Shown here piece after piece: positions 38,600 through 51,200 of a DNA stretch of 64,000 nt; the first letter of the stretch is position 1, and each line of letters starts with the position of its first letter. Both the position numbers and the translations under genes were made by a program. Origin of the DNA: Raillietiella orientalis (Eukaryota); NCBI GenBank assembly GCA_036172245.1, contig JAYWIR010000009.1:4836001-4900000 (forward strand), in the 5' to 3' direction. The notes below the pieces were generated by a model. The model saw nothing but the letters and a program-made list of their open reading frames with translations. It was not told where the DNA came from and searched no databases.

Positions 38600-39420
38600 G
38601 GGCGGAAAAAAAAAAAAGGTGGCGGGGCAGAGCGCCGATTCGCGCGCCAGTTTTCCCGGTTTTCGGCAGGAGATCCCGCGGCCGCCACCTCGACAAAACG
38701 GGGCACCCCACGGCGGCCCCAAACATCCAGTCCAAATAGTCCATCCATGGCCCACATTGGCAACCGTGCGGCGGCGATCTCCGCGCGTCGAGGGTGCGGA
38801 TCCCTCCGGGGGAAGTATCGACGGCCAGAGAAATGCGTGCGTCGAGAGTTCGATTCTCGCCGCAAGATGAGGCTGGCTGCCCATAATCGGGTGAGATACT
38901 GGTAGAAGCTGGTGAGAATGGGGACGCCCCCGTTGATTGGCCAGGTTTGGTAGTGGACCCACCCTCCGGGATGCTTCCAGGACTCAAGGAGCACCAGTTC
39001 TCTTAGGAGTTCCCTTATGGCTGTTGTGAGGAAATGGAGCCGCCCTCCATCGCGTGCCATGGTGCTGGTCGATACTCCCCTCGGGGGCTTCCCTCTCCAG
39101 AGTGTCCAAGAATCGTGCGGCGCTGCCTTAGAGGAGTGCCCTTCAGAGAAATGGGAACTCGGCATGGCATCCCTTCGGGGTTCTCTTCCGAGAAGAAATT
39201 CCGGAAGCGGATCCCTTCCACATTCCCTTCGGAGGAGAAGCGAGGAGCGGCCACCTCTGGCGAACCCCTGGGATGAGAACAAGGAAGAGGTGCTCTTCGG
39301 AGACAACCAGGATGGAGGATTCCCTTCGGGGTTCCCTACACCAAGAGTTAGAGAGGAACAGACTCCTTCTTCTGGAGCATTCCTGGGTGGTCCCTTCCGG
39401 GGTGCTCTCCCTTTAACCTG
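38600..39420 (-). mobile_element. Decayed non-LTR RT remnant
   Basis: EFLLGR...TLWRGK..STMARDGGRLHFLTTAIRE (~F.xGR...D..KA.D.V...FL..A). Confidence 0.4.
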
Positions 39421-42400
39421 AAGAGTTGACAAGTACCCTCTGGTGGCGTGGAGGGCTCTTAAAGAGCTTCGTGAGCCCCTCGCAAGTTGGCCAACGGTCC
39501 TTCAGCGCTTTGCGAACCAAAAAAGAGAAATATCCAACATGGACGCCGAGTCACTGCTAAAAAAGAGGAGAAAGTCTTCACAGGGACAGAGCGGGAGGAA
39601 AAGGAAGAGGACAAAAGGAGGAGGCCGTTGCGGTTCCCACGCAGCTCCGATACCAAGAGCAGGCCAGACACGTCTCGAGCAACTGCCCGTCGTCCCGCGA
39701 TAGCCAGAAGCACGCCAGCGACCTCAGTCCGGAAGAGATCGCTCCGCACACAGAGTCTCAAGGAGTTTTTCCGCCCACTGCGCCACCGGGGAACGTCCCG
39801 AACTCGAGATCATGCGTCCACGATGGCGCAACCTCCCTTCCAGATTAAGAGGGAACACCCAGCCCGAGGAAATGCAGTCCTCCGGGAGCCCAGGAGCACA
39901 TCCTCACCCCCGGGAAAAAGTGCGCCATGCCGAGTTCCCAGCTCTCTATCGAGCGCTTCCCGGTCTCGCTGACCTTTCCCGCTCCTTCGCGTCCGTTAAT
40001 TTGCTTCACGCTTCGCGTCGCCCCCTCTCCGCTTGAGGGAGCACCAGCTCTGGGAAGGAACCGAACTGCCGGCTGGGAATTTCACGCAGCCCGCGGAATC
40101 GCAGGAGCTTCTCCTCCTCGAGCTGCGAAGCAAAGTGGACGCGCGATCACACACGTGCGCGCCCGTGTTCGGTTCGCTAGCTATCTGCAGGTCCCCCCAC
40201 GTGCGCGGGATGCGCGCAGCACCGGATCGGGGCCGCCCCCCGCTCGGCATCCCTGGAAGACTCCACAATGGATCCATGGCCGTCTTCTGTCGCCTGCCAC
40301 TCTTCCTAACGGCTGAGGGTCACGTTCGCTTTCAGGCCGTCGTCAACCACGTCCACGCATCCGAATCCGTTCCGCGGATCGAGAGAGAAAAGAAAGCCTG
40401 GTTCTCGAACCAGGGCTTTCTGGGCGGCTCGGTCCTCAATCAGGAACGGGTCTCTGTGGATCGGCGGGGTTCGGTCCGCAGTGGATCCGGGACTGGCAGT
40501 CCATTGCGCAGTCATCTTGACGACCGTTAGCTGGCTGATTGCAAGAGAGCTTCTGCTCGAATTTCCCGACGCTCTTCCCGTTGGATGCGCTTCCTCCCTC
40601 CCCGCCCATCTCTCTCTTCCGCTTCCTGATGATGGAAATTGATGTCTTTTGCGCTTTCATTTTGAAGGATTTCCGGTTTCGTTCTCTCATGCCTTCTTGC
40701 TAAGTGTACAGAACCTTCCTAGCTTTCCGATGTCTCCCCTTCTATTAGTCTGCTCGGTGGCCATTTTTTTGTTGTTGTAAACGCGCACGCATTCGGTTGA
40801 GAAATCGCCCCCTTCGTTTTATCGATGAAACCTCTGTATTTCATGCCCCCCCCATGGCCTGCAGCGCAGTGATGTATGAGTGCCATGCATCGAGAGGACG
40901 TTTTATGTAAGGGAGGTGCTCGTGTGAAATGCTATTTTGCCGCTGCCCTTCCTTCCTCGAATAAAATTGCACGCATCCCTACCGACGCCTTTTCCATTCA
41001 GTTCAGCGTTTCCAATCGAACGTATAGATGTATGGGAATGGCAGGCTTCTCAACCGGTTTTGGATTCCTTTCAGGCTTCCTATCACTTTGTACACCGTAT
41101 TTCTACTCCAGCTTTGATTTGGACATGGAGTGCAGAAAGGATTGCACCTGATCTCTTCCTTTTTCCACTCGGTTCTTCAATCGACAGGTCCTCTATCAGT
41201 CAGTTCTTTGCTTCCGAAAGGGACAATCTGTTTCAAATCGTTTGGGTCGACCGAGCAGCATTTCAAAGCAGCAGCCTCGCGGCCATGAAGGACACTAGAG
41301 AAGAAGGGGGAAAAAAAAATCCTTGAAAGGCAAAATGGTGGAAGGCTGAACACTTCTAAACAAGAGAGGAAACGGTTAAGGAAGAGTCACTTGCTTCAGG
41401 CACTCGTAACTGCAATTAAAAATCACATCCATAGAAACAGCTTGCAAGTACCTACAAGGCTCATGTCAATCAGACAGCCTCGGAAGTTTCCTCAGTTCCA
41501 TTCCTTCCTTCCGATTCCTCCTGCATCTCAGGGTACTTTTTATTGTATCTACTCGACTTCATCATCTTAGGGCTCAGAAGGGACTGAAAGTCAGCATCTG
41601 CACCTAGGTACTCAAAAGAAGACACCAACTAAATAAAGTTCCGATTAATGTTTACTGTTGGATTTTGAACACCATGAAAACAGATCCAAACGTGTGAATT
41701 CCAAATTTGAAAATTTCTCACGTTAACTGATACAATGACTCGAAAAACAAGCTCGAATACCGGAATCCTTCAAATGTTCCTATGTAATAGATTTCATCAT
41801 GCGCACTACGCCACTTAACGACATCTAGACCTCGTTCCCATTTTATGTTTTCCGCCCCAAAATACTCTGTATGAGTCTAATCCTAATCTCAATATCGTCT
41901 TTTACTTGGTTGCTCATCAATAAGCTCAAAGACAAGGTTACATCAATTTTGATCAACGATTCCTTGGTCCCTGTATGTTCCAACTCTATCCTAGTAGCAG
42001 TGCCCCCAAATTTTTCCTGTTGGTGTAATAGAGATTTTCGTTGACAAAAGACCAGGTACTACCCTATTTTCAGCAGCAAGAGGTATGCGATCCATTTCTG
42101 TCTCTTCCGAAAAATGATTTCGTTTTCAATCATCTACGGTCCAATTTTCATAGTTATCAGAGCACTCAAGAATGGAGCAGCGAAGATGTGGCGCGAGTAT
42201 GGGTTCTCTCTTACTGTCTCTCTCTTTGAGCTCTTATTTCCTGGATTCATGTCTCACAGTCTTGGACACTCATCGCTCTTTGTCCTCTAAGAGGTTTCTG
42301 ACTTCCAAGAGAAAACTGAGGCCATAGACAATTTTGAAGTGATAGCTTCCAATTGATCGGAGATCACCACAGGAAATGAAAAATAAATGAAAAAGGGAGA

Positions 42401-43369
42401 GATTCACAGTAGACTGACAGTCTCCAGTTTGCAACTGGAAATGTTCAGACAAACAAAATTAACAGAATAAAAATTCTCGTATTTCAATACAAGCCACATC
42501 TATCAAATGAATGCAGTTTTATTTTTGCCAGAAATCACGACATTAACAGAATTCCTTCATAATCCGTTCTTGCTAAAAGTGAGTAGATGCACAGGAACTT
42601 CGAGGACGTCTCTCGGCCTGATTTAGGTTTTCGAGTGTTAATTCGAGTGTTACGATGCTAAAGGTGTCCTGGAAAGCTGTTTTAGCACTTGCACTGTATC
42701 TCGAGATCTACCTTTCTGGTAAATATATCCAGGACGTGATCTGAATTTCAAAAAATCATTAGATTTTTTTGGACTGTCACATTAAACCCAAATATTTGTA
42801 CGCTTTCTGAGCCACTGCATTACTGAGAGTATTCCAAATATGAAAAATTATGACAAAGTCTGAAAAAAAAAGAAATGGAATTAGTATCCTCATTATGTTT
42901 TTCTAAATGCCAAACTGATTCAAAGTATTATAGAGAATTACTGAATAAGCCTTTTTTTTCTGAATTAGATTTTACACAACCTTAACATGAAAATAAATAG
43001 AGAAAAGAAGAGTAATAGTGTACTCTTTTAAGTTGAGAAAAAGATCCGCATCTAGAGCAATGCCAAACGTTTTACCAAATTTGTGTGTCCGCAATAAAAA
43101 TGACTACTTGGAAGGATGTGGAAATTCCAGAAATGTGTATTGTACTCGTTTTATCTTTTTTTTTGCAATTACTTATCCATAATAAGTAAAGAATAGAATC
43201 GTCGAGGATGTTTCCGGGAATACAATTGAAACTTTTGAACAAACACTTTTTGCGTTTCTTATCGTGCACAAAATAAGCTGGTATCCCTTGTTTGGTGATA
43301 CGTTTGATTTGTTGTGATGAAATGTCCATGATAAGAATTCTTCATTAGATTTTCTCGTTTTCTTCTAAC

Positions 43370-45797
43370 ATGAATACTATCAATGACGTGAAAGAAACGG
43401 TTACTTCGTTTTTTGCAGGGAATCCATTTTCAACAGTTGTTGGGCAGAAAATAGGTAAGCTGTTCGTGTGTAGATTTGCAAAATTTGTTGGAATTTTAGT
43501 GCAAAGCTGTGTGAACACTTCTTGAGTACTGTGAAAAATGTTTTTCAATTAGGTGGCAGCGCCAATAATTTATTGAATTTGTGAATGCAGTCTGTGTGTC
43601 GCTTGCATGGTCATAATTTGGATTTTCTCGGGAGCGTGATGTAGATCATCGGTTTTTTAACTGGATTATGTAAAAGCAGTTGTTTGTGCTATACAAATGA
43701 AAATGTGCGCTGAATGCCTGGTATGATACTCTCTGAGTGCCCGATGAATTTCTGTGCATTTTTAAATTAAGATTATAAAATAATGATTTTGTTTAACAGA
43801 TGAAGCCACCAGTGCAGATTTGGCATCTGAAGATTGGGCTTTAAACATGCAAATATGTGATCTCGTGAACAGTTCAGAAGAGGCAACAAAAGATGCTATT
43901 CGAGCAATTAAAAAGAAGTTGATGCTAAATGTCGGAAAGAATTACAAGACTACGCTTTTCACATTGACTGTATGCTTTGTTTATGAAATATATTGCCCTG
44001 TTGCCTGTCTTATTTTCATTGAGTTTATTTTTATTTAATCTGAAAGTCTGGTATATTGCAATTGAAACGTTACCAATTTTTATTTGTTGTTTACTTGCAT
44101 GTTTCTGTATATATATATCATGGTCAAAAATTCTCAGAAAAATTTGAAAATTGTGCTTATCTTTATGATCCAAGAAAGATTGAGATTGAATTATCTTATG
44201 TTAACACTATTGTCTAATTTGTTGAGAAATTAAGGTGCTCTGTTTGTCGTTACTGATCCCTGATCATTGCACAGTTATGACACTTTGGATCAATTTGTTG
44301 GTTATTTCTCACTTTCTGTTTTAGATTCTTGAAACCTGTGTAAAAAATTGTGGTAAGAGGTTTCATATGCTTGTGTGCAATAAGGATTTTATCCACGACC
44401 TAATCAAAATGATTGGTGAGCAAAGAGTATGTTTTGAAAAGTCAAAAAAGATTGTCTAAAGTAATGCCTGTGTAGGAGGTTAATTGTCTAACAAAAGTCT
44501 CATTCTTTCTACAACTTATTATGGAGAAACTACTAGTGAATTTTGAATATTATTTTTTTCAGGACCTAAAAATGATCCTCCTACTTTTGTTCAAGAGAAA
44601 ATCTTGAATTTGGTGCAGATTTGGTCGGAAACATTCCAAAACGATCCAGATCTTCAAGGTGTTGTTCAAGTTTATAAGGAACTGAAGATGAAAGGCATAG
44701 AATTTCCTGCTTACGATGTGGGTTCAATAGCACCCATTCAGACACCACCTAGAGTAAGTTGTACCCAATGTCAGATTGATTCTACCTTTTTTTTATGAAG
44801 TCTGTTCAAGCCAGAGTCTCAGATGGTTCCTCATGCCCTGTGGAGGCTCCAGTGATCCCTCCGGAGCAAATTGCAAAACTTCACAGCGAACTGGACGTTG
44901 TTAGAAATAACATGAAGGTTTTCAACGAGATGCTTTTGGAATTAAAGCCTGGCCAGGAACATCCAAGTGATATGGAACTTCTTAGAGTAAGTTTTGCTTA
45001 CCCTGTGCCTTCTCAGTCATGTGAATCGGCGAGACAGTGTAGACCTGCATTGTAGGATTTATGCTGTACCTGTCAAGCCATGCAGAAGCGCATCCTGATT
45101 CTGTTAGAAAAAGTCAACAATGCTGAGCTGACTGAAGAGCTGCTTCACATAAATGATGATTTGAATAATTTGTTGCTGCGCTACGAAAGATACCAGCGCA
45201 GCCAGCAAGTCAAGGAGCTTCAGAATGCCACCACCTCGGATTTCATGACTTTCACTGATGCAAATACTGTTGAAGGTATATCACCCTTCTGGTAAACGTA
45301 TGGGATGGGAATGTTGGTATTTGTTACTCAGGTGACAACAAGGAAGCAGGAATCGATTCCCAGATCCCGAGTGAGAGCAAAAAAACGGAGAGGTTGTACC
45401 AAGTTTGGTTTTTCAGAGCGTGCATAATACATTTCATGTTTGCAGCAATGTGGATGCATCCAAGGATGGCCTGAAAAATTCCTCGTACCCCATTTTAGAA
45501 CAAGTGAGTATTTTTTCTTTCTTTCCTTTTTTTTTTTCCTCTCAAGAAAGGTGACAGTCATTAATAATGATTGCACAGAATAATGATTTCGAGGAAATGG
45601 AAGCCTGGTTAAAAAATAAGGTTAGAGTTAATCGAAAATCTCATTTGTGACCATTTGTGAAATTCTAGAATTTTGAGGAAGGGGTGACCAGTAGCGAATT
45701 CGATCGATTCTTGGAAGAAAGAGCTGCACAAATGGGACCAACCAATGCGCCGTCGAGAAGTGTTCCAAAAGATAACCCAGCCTCTGAGGGAAACTGA
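43370..45797 (+). CDS. TOM1: TOM1-family VHS-GAT endosomal adaptor (TOM1/TOM1L2-like), 10 exons, 410 aa
   Basis: Exons 43370-43454, 43800-43969, 44325-44415, 44563-44753, 44801-44986, 45056-45275, 45332-45392, 45446-45503, 45579-45620, 45669-45797. All introns are GT-AG and phase-consistent. VHS (GNPFST..SEDWALNMQICD..LETCVKNCG), GAT (KLHSELDVV..EELLHINDDLNN) and C-terminal EEMEAWL..GVTSSEFDRFLEERA. The low-complexity exons 7-8 are the least certain. Confidence 0.93.
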
Positions 45798-46260
45798 TAC
45801 ATTTCGCTTCACCGCATCGGTCATCGTCGAAAGACTGGGAGCACACGCTGCATTTTTTAAGTGATTGCATTACCGATCGAGACTAACTTTTACGCAGGTG
45901 TTAGTGCTTGCTTAGTTATGTGACGGATCTAGGATCTTTGTGAATCAGCCATTACTTGTTTTCAAAAATATTTTCATGTCAGGGTTTTCGCGGTTTGAAT
46001 CGTGATGTTATCGAGGGCTTTGGAGTCAGATCACACGTGAATCACGTCTACCAGCGTACTAGCACGTGTCACTTCGGTCAAAGTATATATGTACGCGTAT
46101 TTCAGCACCTTTGTGTCTTCTCTCTGTACCTATGTCGAGTTTTGTCCTCTTCTTTTTTTATTATTATTATTATAAATAAGGGCAGCATATTTTGAGGGAT
46201 GTCTTGATTCGGGTTATTCCTGGTTGCTGAAGCGAGTAGGGCATTCAGTCAGTGAGCACG

Positions 46261-46325
46261 AATAAATACGTGTGTGTGTCACCAAACGTGGGTACTTTTT
46301 GTATGGCTGTGAGAAGTACAATAAA
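46261..46325 (+). promoter_or_regulatory. Candidate polyadenylation signals for TOM1 (AATAAA at 46261 and 46320)
   Basis: Canonical hexamers downstream of the TOM1 stop codon. Confidence 0.45.
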
Positions 46326-46459
46326 GCTCGTATGCTAAAAAGGCTGTACCTTTTCGATCCGTGGGCAGGCTCATCCAGGGGCAATCTCCGGGAGGAGTCC
46401 CATTGATCAAACCGTGCTTAACGGGAGCTCATTTTGCCCCTACCCGGCAACGGTGCAGC

Positions 46460-48232
46460 ATGGGTAACACGGAAAGCAACGTTACCACCGGCATCAAGAA
46501 GCAGACGGATGCTTCGTCGGTTCCCATCTACAAGCTGCTTAACCTTCAGGGGGAGGGGGAGCTGGTGGACCTCATGCGGGAGGCGAACAGGACGAAGAAC
46601 ATGAGTTTCCTCGATGATAAAATCCGGGCTTCCATACCGGAGTATTTGTACGGCGGAGGCAGTGGGAAGTGGATCCACCTCAACGAGCTGGTCCTCCAGA
46701 GGAATAAGGAAAGGCCGAAAAACAAACAGGTACACGCGGGCCCTCTTGTTAACTTGAAAGGCCTCTGCCGTCGCCGGGGGTCGGGTCTTTCGAAAGAGAT
46801 GAAAAATTCTCCAGCTGCAGGCGCGGGTTCTCGGCGGTGTTGCTGCGTCCGTGTTGTGTTGGTGCGCCACGAGAAACGTACGCGAGTGGCTCCTTGCGTG
46901 TCTTCGCGACTGGCAAACAGTCGGTGCCACAGTTTGCGCAGATTGTATCGAGTTCCCGGTGCATGGCGATGCACATGATTTGCGGGATTTGCCAGGGCCG
47001 ATAAGCCCCTGGTTTTTTTCCCGCACGTTGACTCGGGAGGAAACGTCCCTGCTTGCGCAAGACGAGAGTTTCTTCTTCTTCTTCTCCTGTGGAACGTTTT
47101 AGGAGAGCAATTCACTTTGGCCGTGAAGATCGACTCCAAGCAGTCACTTCGGTTTCCTTCGGAATGCACTGCAATGCGGTGGGGGTGGGGGTGGCTCGCC
47201 GAGCAAACCACGAATCGGATCGCCGTATCTAGGAAACGCCGTGCAGCATCCACCAGCGACCCATGAATCGACATTCGCGGTCAACCGACTTGGACGTTAC
47301 CCCTCTTAATGGTTTTGGTGGTGGTGGTGGTGGTGGCGGCGTTCCACAAAAAAAGAAAGGAAAAGAACGAACTCTGCCCAGAGGAAACAATTTTTCACAA
47401 TTTCAAATCAACAGACCTAAATCTTCGGGAACGTCTTGTAAATCGGAAATTCCAAATACCAAAGGGCATGTAAACACTCCTGCGCAACTCCTGCCGTGCT
47501 GTTGGCGTGGCTGCGTATTGGCAGGGCACACTTCATCATATTTCACGTACCTGCGTGTAAATATTTTCGGTTTCTCAGGAAGGAGACCGTTATTCCGCCC
47601 TAGCTAATCAACACTGGTTGCTACTTAATTGACTCGGCGTGCGAGTCTGTTGGTTTGCTCTGCGCTCCGTGACCTTCGGCGATTTTCAAACAGGCAAACA
47701 GATTGAGGATGCGCCGTTCGTCATCCAGGCAAAAAAAAAAAAAAATCTGCAAGCTCGTGCTGCAAAGTCCGCTGCTGTCGAGTGTGCAGCCGCTTCGGTG
47801 CAGCCGGCACGCGTGCCGTTAATCGCCCCCTCCCCCCTATCGTTAGCACGGTGCCGCGGATGGCGAAGGAACAGACTTTGGTCCTTGCGCGGGAGCTGCG
47901 AGACGGACCGAGCAAAAATCACCTCCTCTCTGCCAGCCAAGTTTGACGGGGACTCGCGGCGCGTTTCCAGCCCCCCGGGGGGGGGGCAACGAAGACTACC
48001 GACCGCGGATGCGGGGCGAAACTCGGGTCGCCGGTCTGAAGTCATCATCATCTCGAGAGGGGATCACGAAGAGCGCATGCGGACGAAACGATGATGGAGC
48101 GCAGCATCCTCGAGCCGAAGCAGAGCAGCATCGCGCCTGCGCAAATCGTACGTGGGGGGCACACGCAACCGGCAACCGTTGAATCGCTCCCGCCTTTCGT
48201 TGCCCTTCGAATTACGTGGGAAAAATCAATGG

Positions 48233-48266
<34 letters not shown>

Positions 48267-51200
48267 AGTACCCCACGTTTGCCTCCACTTCAGAGCTGCA
48301 AGGTGACGCAAAGCGGATGGAGTTGGAAGGGGGGGGGGGGCTCCCGCAGTTCTCCGGTCCGGAGTGCCGGGACTGCTCCTTTTAAGCGAGCAGGCGGCGG
48401 CGCTCTGGTTGGCGTCCAGCAGGAAGGTCGAAGAATCGGAGCGGCGCGCGCGCGCTCTTTGTCGCGCTTCGAGGAGCTCGGAAGAAAAGTTTTCCTCTTC
48501 GCGGTCTTCCCTGCGGGGAAAACGGAAAATTGCGAGAAGGCGAGGCGTTGGAGCGGGGGGGGGGGGGGGGAAGTCGAGTCACCCCCCATCCTCACCCGGC
48601 GAGGTCTCGAGTGGAAAGGAGGAACGGTTTCAGGAAAGTCGAGTGCGAGCGTTGCCAGGCGGAGGGGATCCGTCGGGACGAATGCAGAGCGTGCCCGGAG
48701 CGTCCGGAAGCTGGCCGTGTCGATTCGCGGACCCGAGCCTCACAGGCAGAGAGTGAGAGAGACTCGGTCACCGGTCGCGCCCTTGCCGAAGGATGGGAAC
48801 GGCAAAGTCGAACGCCTCGAGAATCAGCAGCTGTTGCCGGTCGTACTTCTCCCGCAAGCCTAAGCAGCACCCGCTGGAACCTGAGCTCATCCCGGCGAAG
48901 ACTTGGGCCCAAGTCGTGCTTCGGGACGTCGGACCACTGGCTCGGAAGACATTGCTGCTGGCGACGGAGCCACTTCATTGCTTCTGAGGGGCAGAAGGGG
49001 CCCCCCTGACGTTTGTCCTTAGGACGAGCACGATGTGAGGGTGATTGCCATCGGACGTCATCCGCGACAGCGACCTCGTCGGCAGCGGCGACTTTTTCCC
49101 TTGGCAGCGACCTCGTCCTCGGCGGCGAAAGTCTCCTTGGCAACGACCTCTTCCGCAGGGGCAGCCTCTTCTGCGGGAAGAGCCTTTTCCCGTCGCAAGG
49201 ATGATGGACGCGTCGGAAGCGTGCAGAAGGTGCCATGTCCTTACGGAGAACCTCCTCAGCGGCCGCGAGCGGCATCCCCTTCCGTTCCTTGATGCAGGTG
49301 GGGCCACCTAGAGGCATTCTTGGGCAAGAGGAAGGAGGAGGGAGAAGCAGGAGGATTCCTCGGCCTCTCCCCAGGCGGGTCTTTGCCCCTCCTCGCTGAT
49401 CTGCGCCACTGGCCCGGCACCGTGCTGCGTCTGTGCAGCCGCGTCCTCCGAGCTGCTTACCGGGGTTGAGCTGCCACCTAGTGGTGCCGCCCGCATCCCG
49501 GTGTCCGAACACCCCCGGGAAAGAGGAGGGCGCCATCTGGAACCATGGAACACTCCCGGGAGCGCAGGTATCCCTTTCTCCAGAGTTCCGCCTCGTCACA
49601 GGCGCCCGGTGGGCCGGTGGCGCTACACCCACCGCCCCAGCCAGCGGTCGATCACGACGTGCGCCAGGTGCTGGCTGCGGGTCGAGCAGCGCCTCGGGCG
49701 ACCTTGGTGGGTCTTCCTTGCCTCCCCGCTCCACCGCCGGCAGGGAGGAGCCGAATCGGCGGAGTCCCATCGAGCAACGAGCGAGGGCGCCGCCTGCCCG
49801 GACGGGCAGAGGGAGAACCACCGATGTTGCCCCAGGGGGCGGCGCCGCGCCGGTGCTGTTTGCCGACTACTGCCCGAGAGACGCGCGTGGACGTCCCTCG
49901 CACCTCTGTTGCCCGGTAACGGTGCAGTGGCGAAACCTGGAGGGAATGGGGCAGAATCGCCAAGGCGAGGGGCGTCGCAGCTTCGGTGACCTGGGCGAGG
50001 CATCAGTCGAGGCCGCCGTTGCGAGGGAACGCTCTGCGGACCTGCACCCGTGGGGATCGGGGGGAATCACGCTTGGCTCCTCGGCAGGTTCGACGGCCGA
50101 CCCGCCAGCCCCTTCAGCGCGCGAAAGGCGTCCGCGTCGGTGCGGTTGGCAGGGGCGGGGGGGGGGCGACCCACCAGCTTGGCTGCCGGACCGCAGGAGA
50201 GGGGTGCAGAGGAGCCCGCCGCTCCGAGGCCTCAAGGGCGTCTCCGAAGAGCGGAACGGCCGCGAGAGCGTTCCTAGGGTGAGTCCTGGAGAGAGAGGGA
50301 ACGCAGTCTCCCCCCTGAAGACTTCCCTATCGCCGGGAGCCCCATTGGGCCGAAGGGCCGCGAGCAGGCGCACCCTCTCTCGGCGAACCGAGCAACCCGC
50401 TCTTCGAGTGTCCTGCGCTCCGGGGGTCGTCGTCGTTCCTCCTCTGGCAACAGCCGCGCGCGACGAGCCTCCTTCCCTTTCGCATCCTCCTCCTCCCTTC
50501 CCCTCCCCCGGCTGCGGGGGAGCGCCCGAGCACCCCGCCGACGCGTGCGCTCCCCTCCAATTGGGTGGCGGTGTGCGGTGCCGGAGGGTCGTGGTCTCCA
50601 TGCCGGCGACGCCGCGTGACGGCGACCCTCGGTGCGTGACCCTGTAACGGCCCTTCCACTGCCCTTCCTCTCGGTAGCGGTGCGAGAAGGACGAGCAACC
50701 GGCGCCTTCCTTTGCTCGAGGCGGTGTGGCGCTCTGGAGCCTCGTGCTTGCTGGTGGACCTCCCCACCCCCCTCCCTTCCCTTCGCCTGACCTTCCGGGA
50801 ACGTGCCGTCAAGGGAGGGCTACGACGCCTCCGGTGTGGGAGGGGGGGAGCGGAACCCGCAGAGGGCGGGACGCGCCTCCCTCGTCCCACCGCAGGAAGA
50901 GCCCTCTCTCTTCGTAGGGAGTGTGCGGTCTTCCCACGCGCTCTCGCTAGAGAGAGACGCTACTCACGCGAACAAGTGGGCCCACACCTCCGCAAGGGCG
51001 TGCGACTCTCCTCCCCGCCTTTGTGTGTTGTGGCGACGGTGGGATTTCCGCGTTGCTGACGATGATTCATGGATCTGTTGTTATCCTGCTTCCACTCATC
51101 AGCAACAGCGCTAGATGTTGTTGCGAATTCCATTGGGAACGCGGAGCGTAGAAAGGGAGGCATTTTTTATTTTATTTTTTTACGTTTCCGAGAGAGGAAA

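Noticed and set aside
46361..46978. ORF-track 205-aa ORF as a stand-alone gene
   Set aside because: It is nan exon 1 (ATG 46460, donor 46730) extended into UTR and intron.
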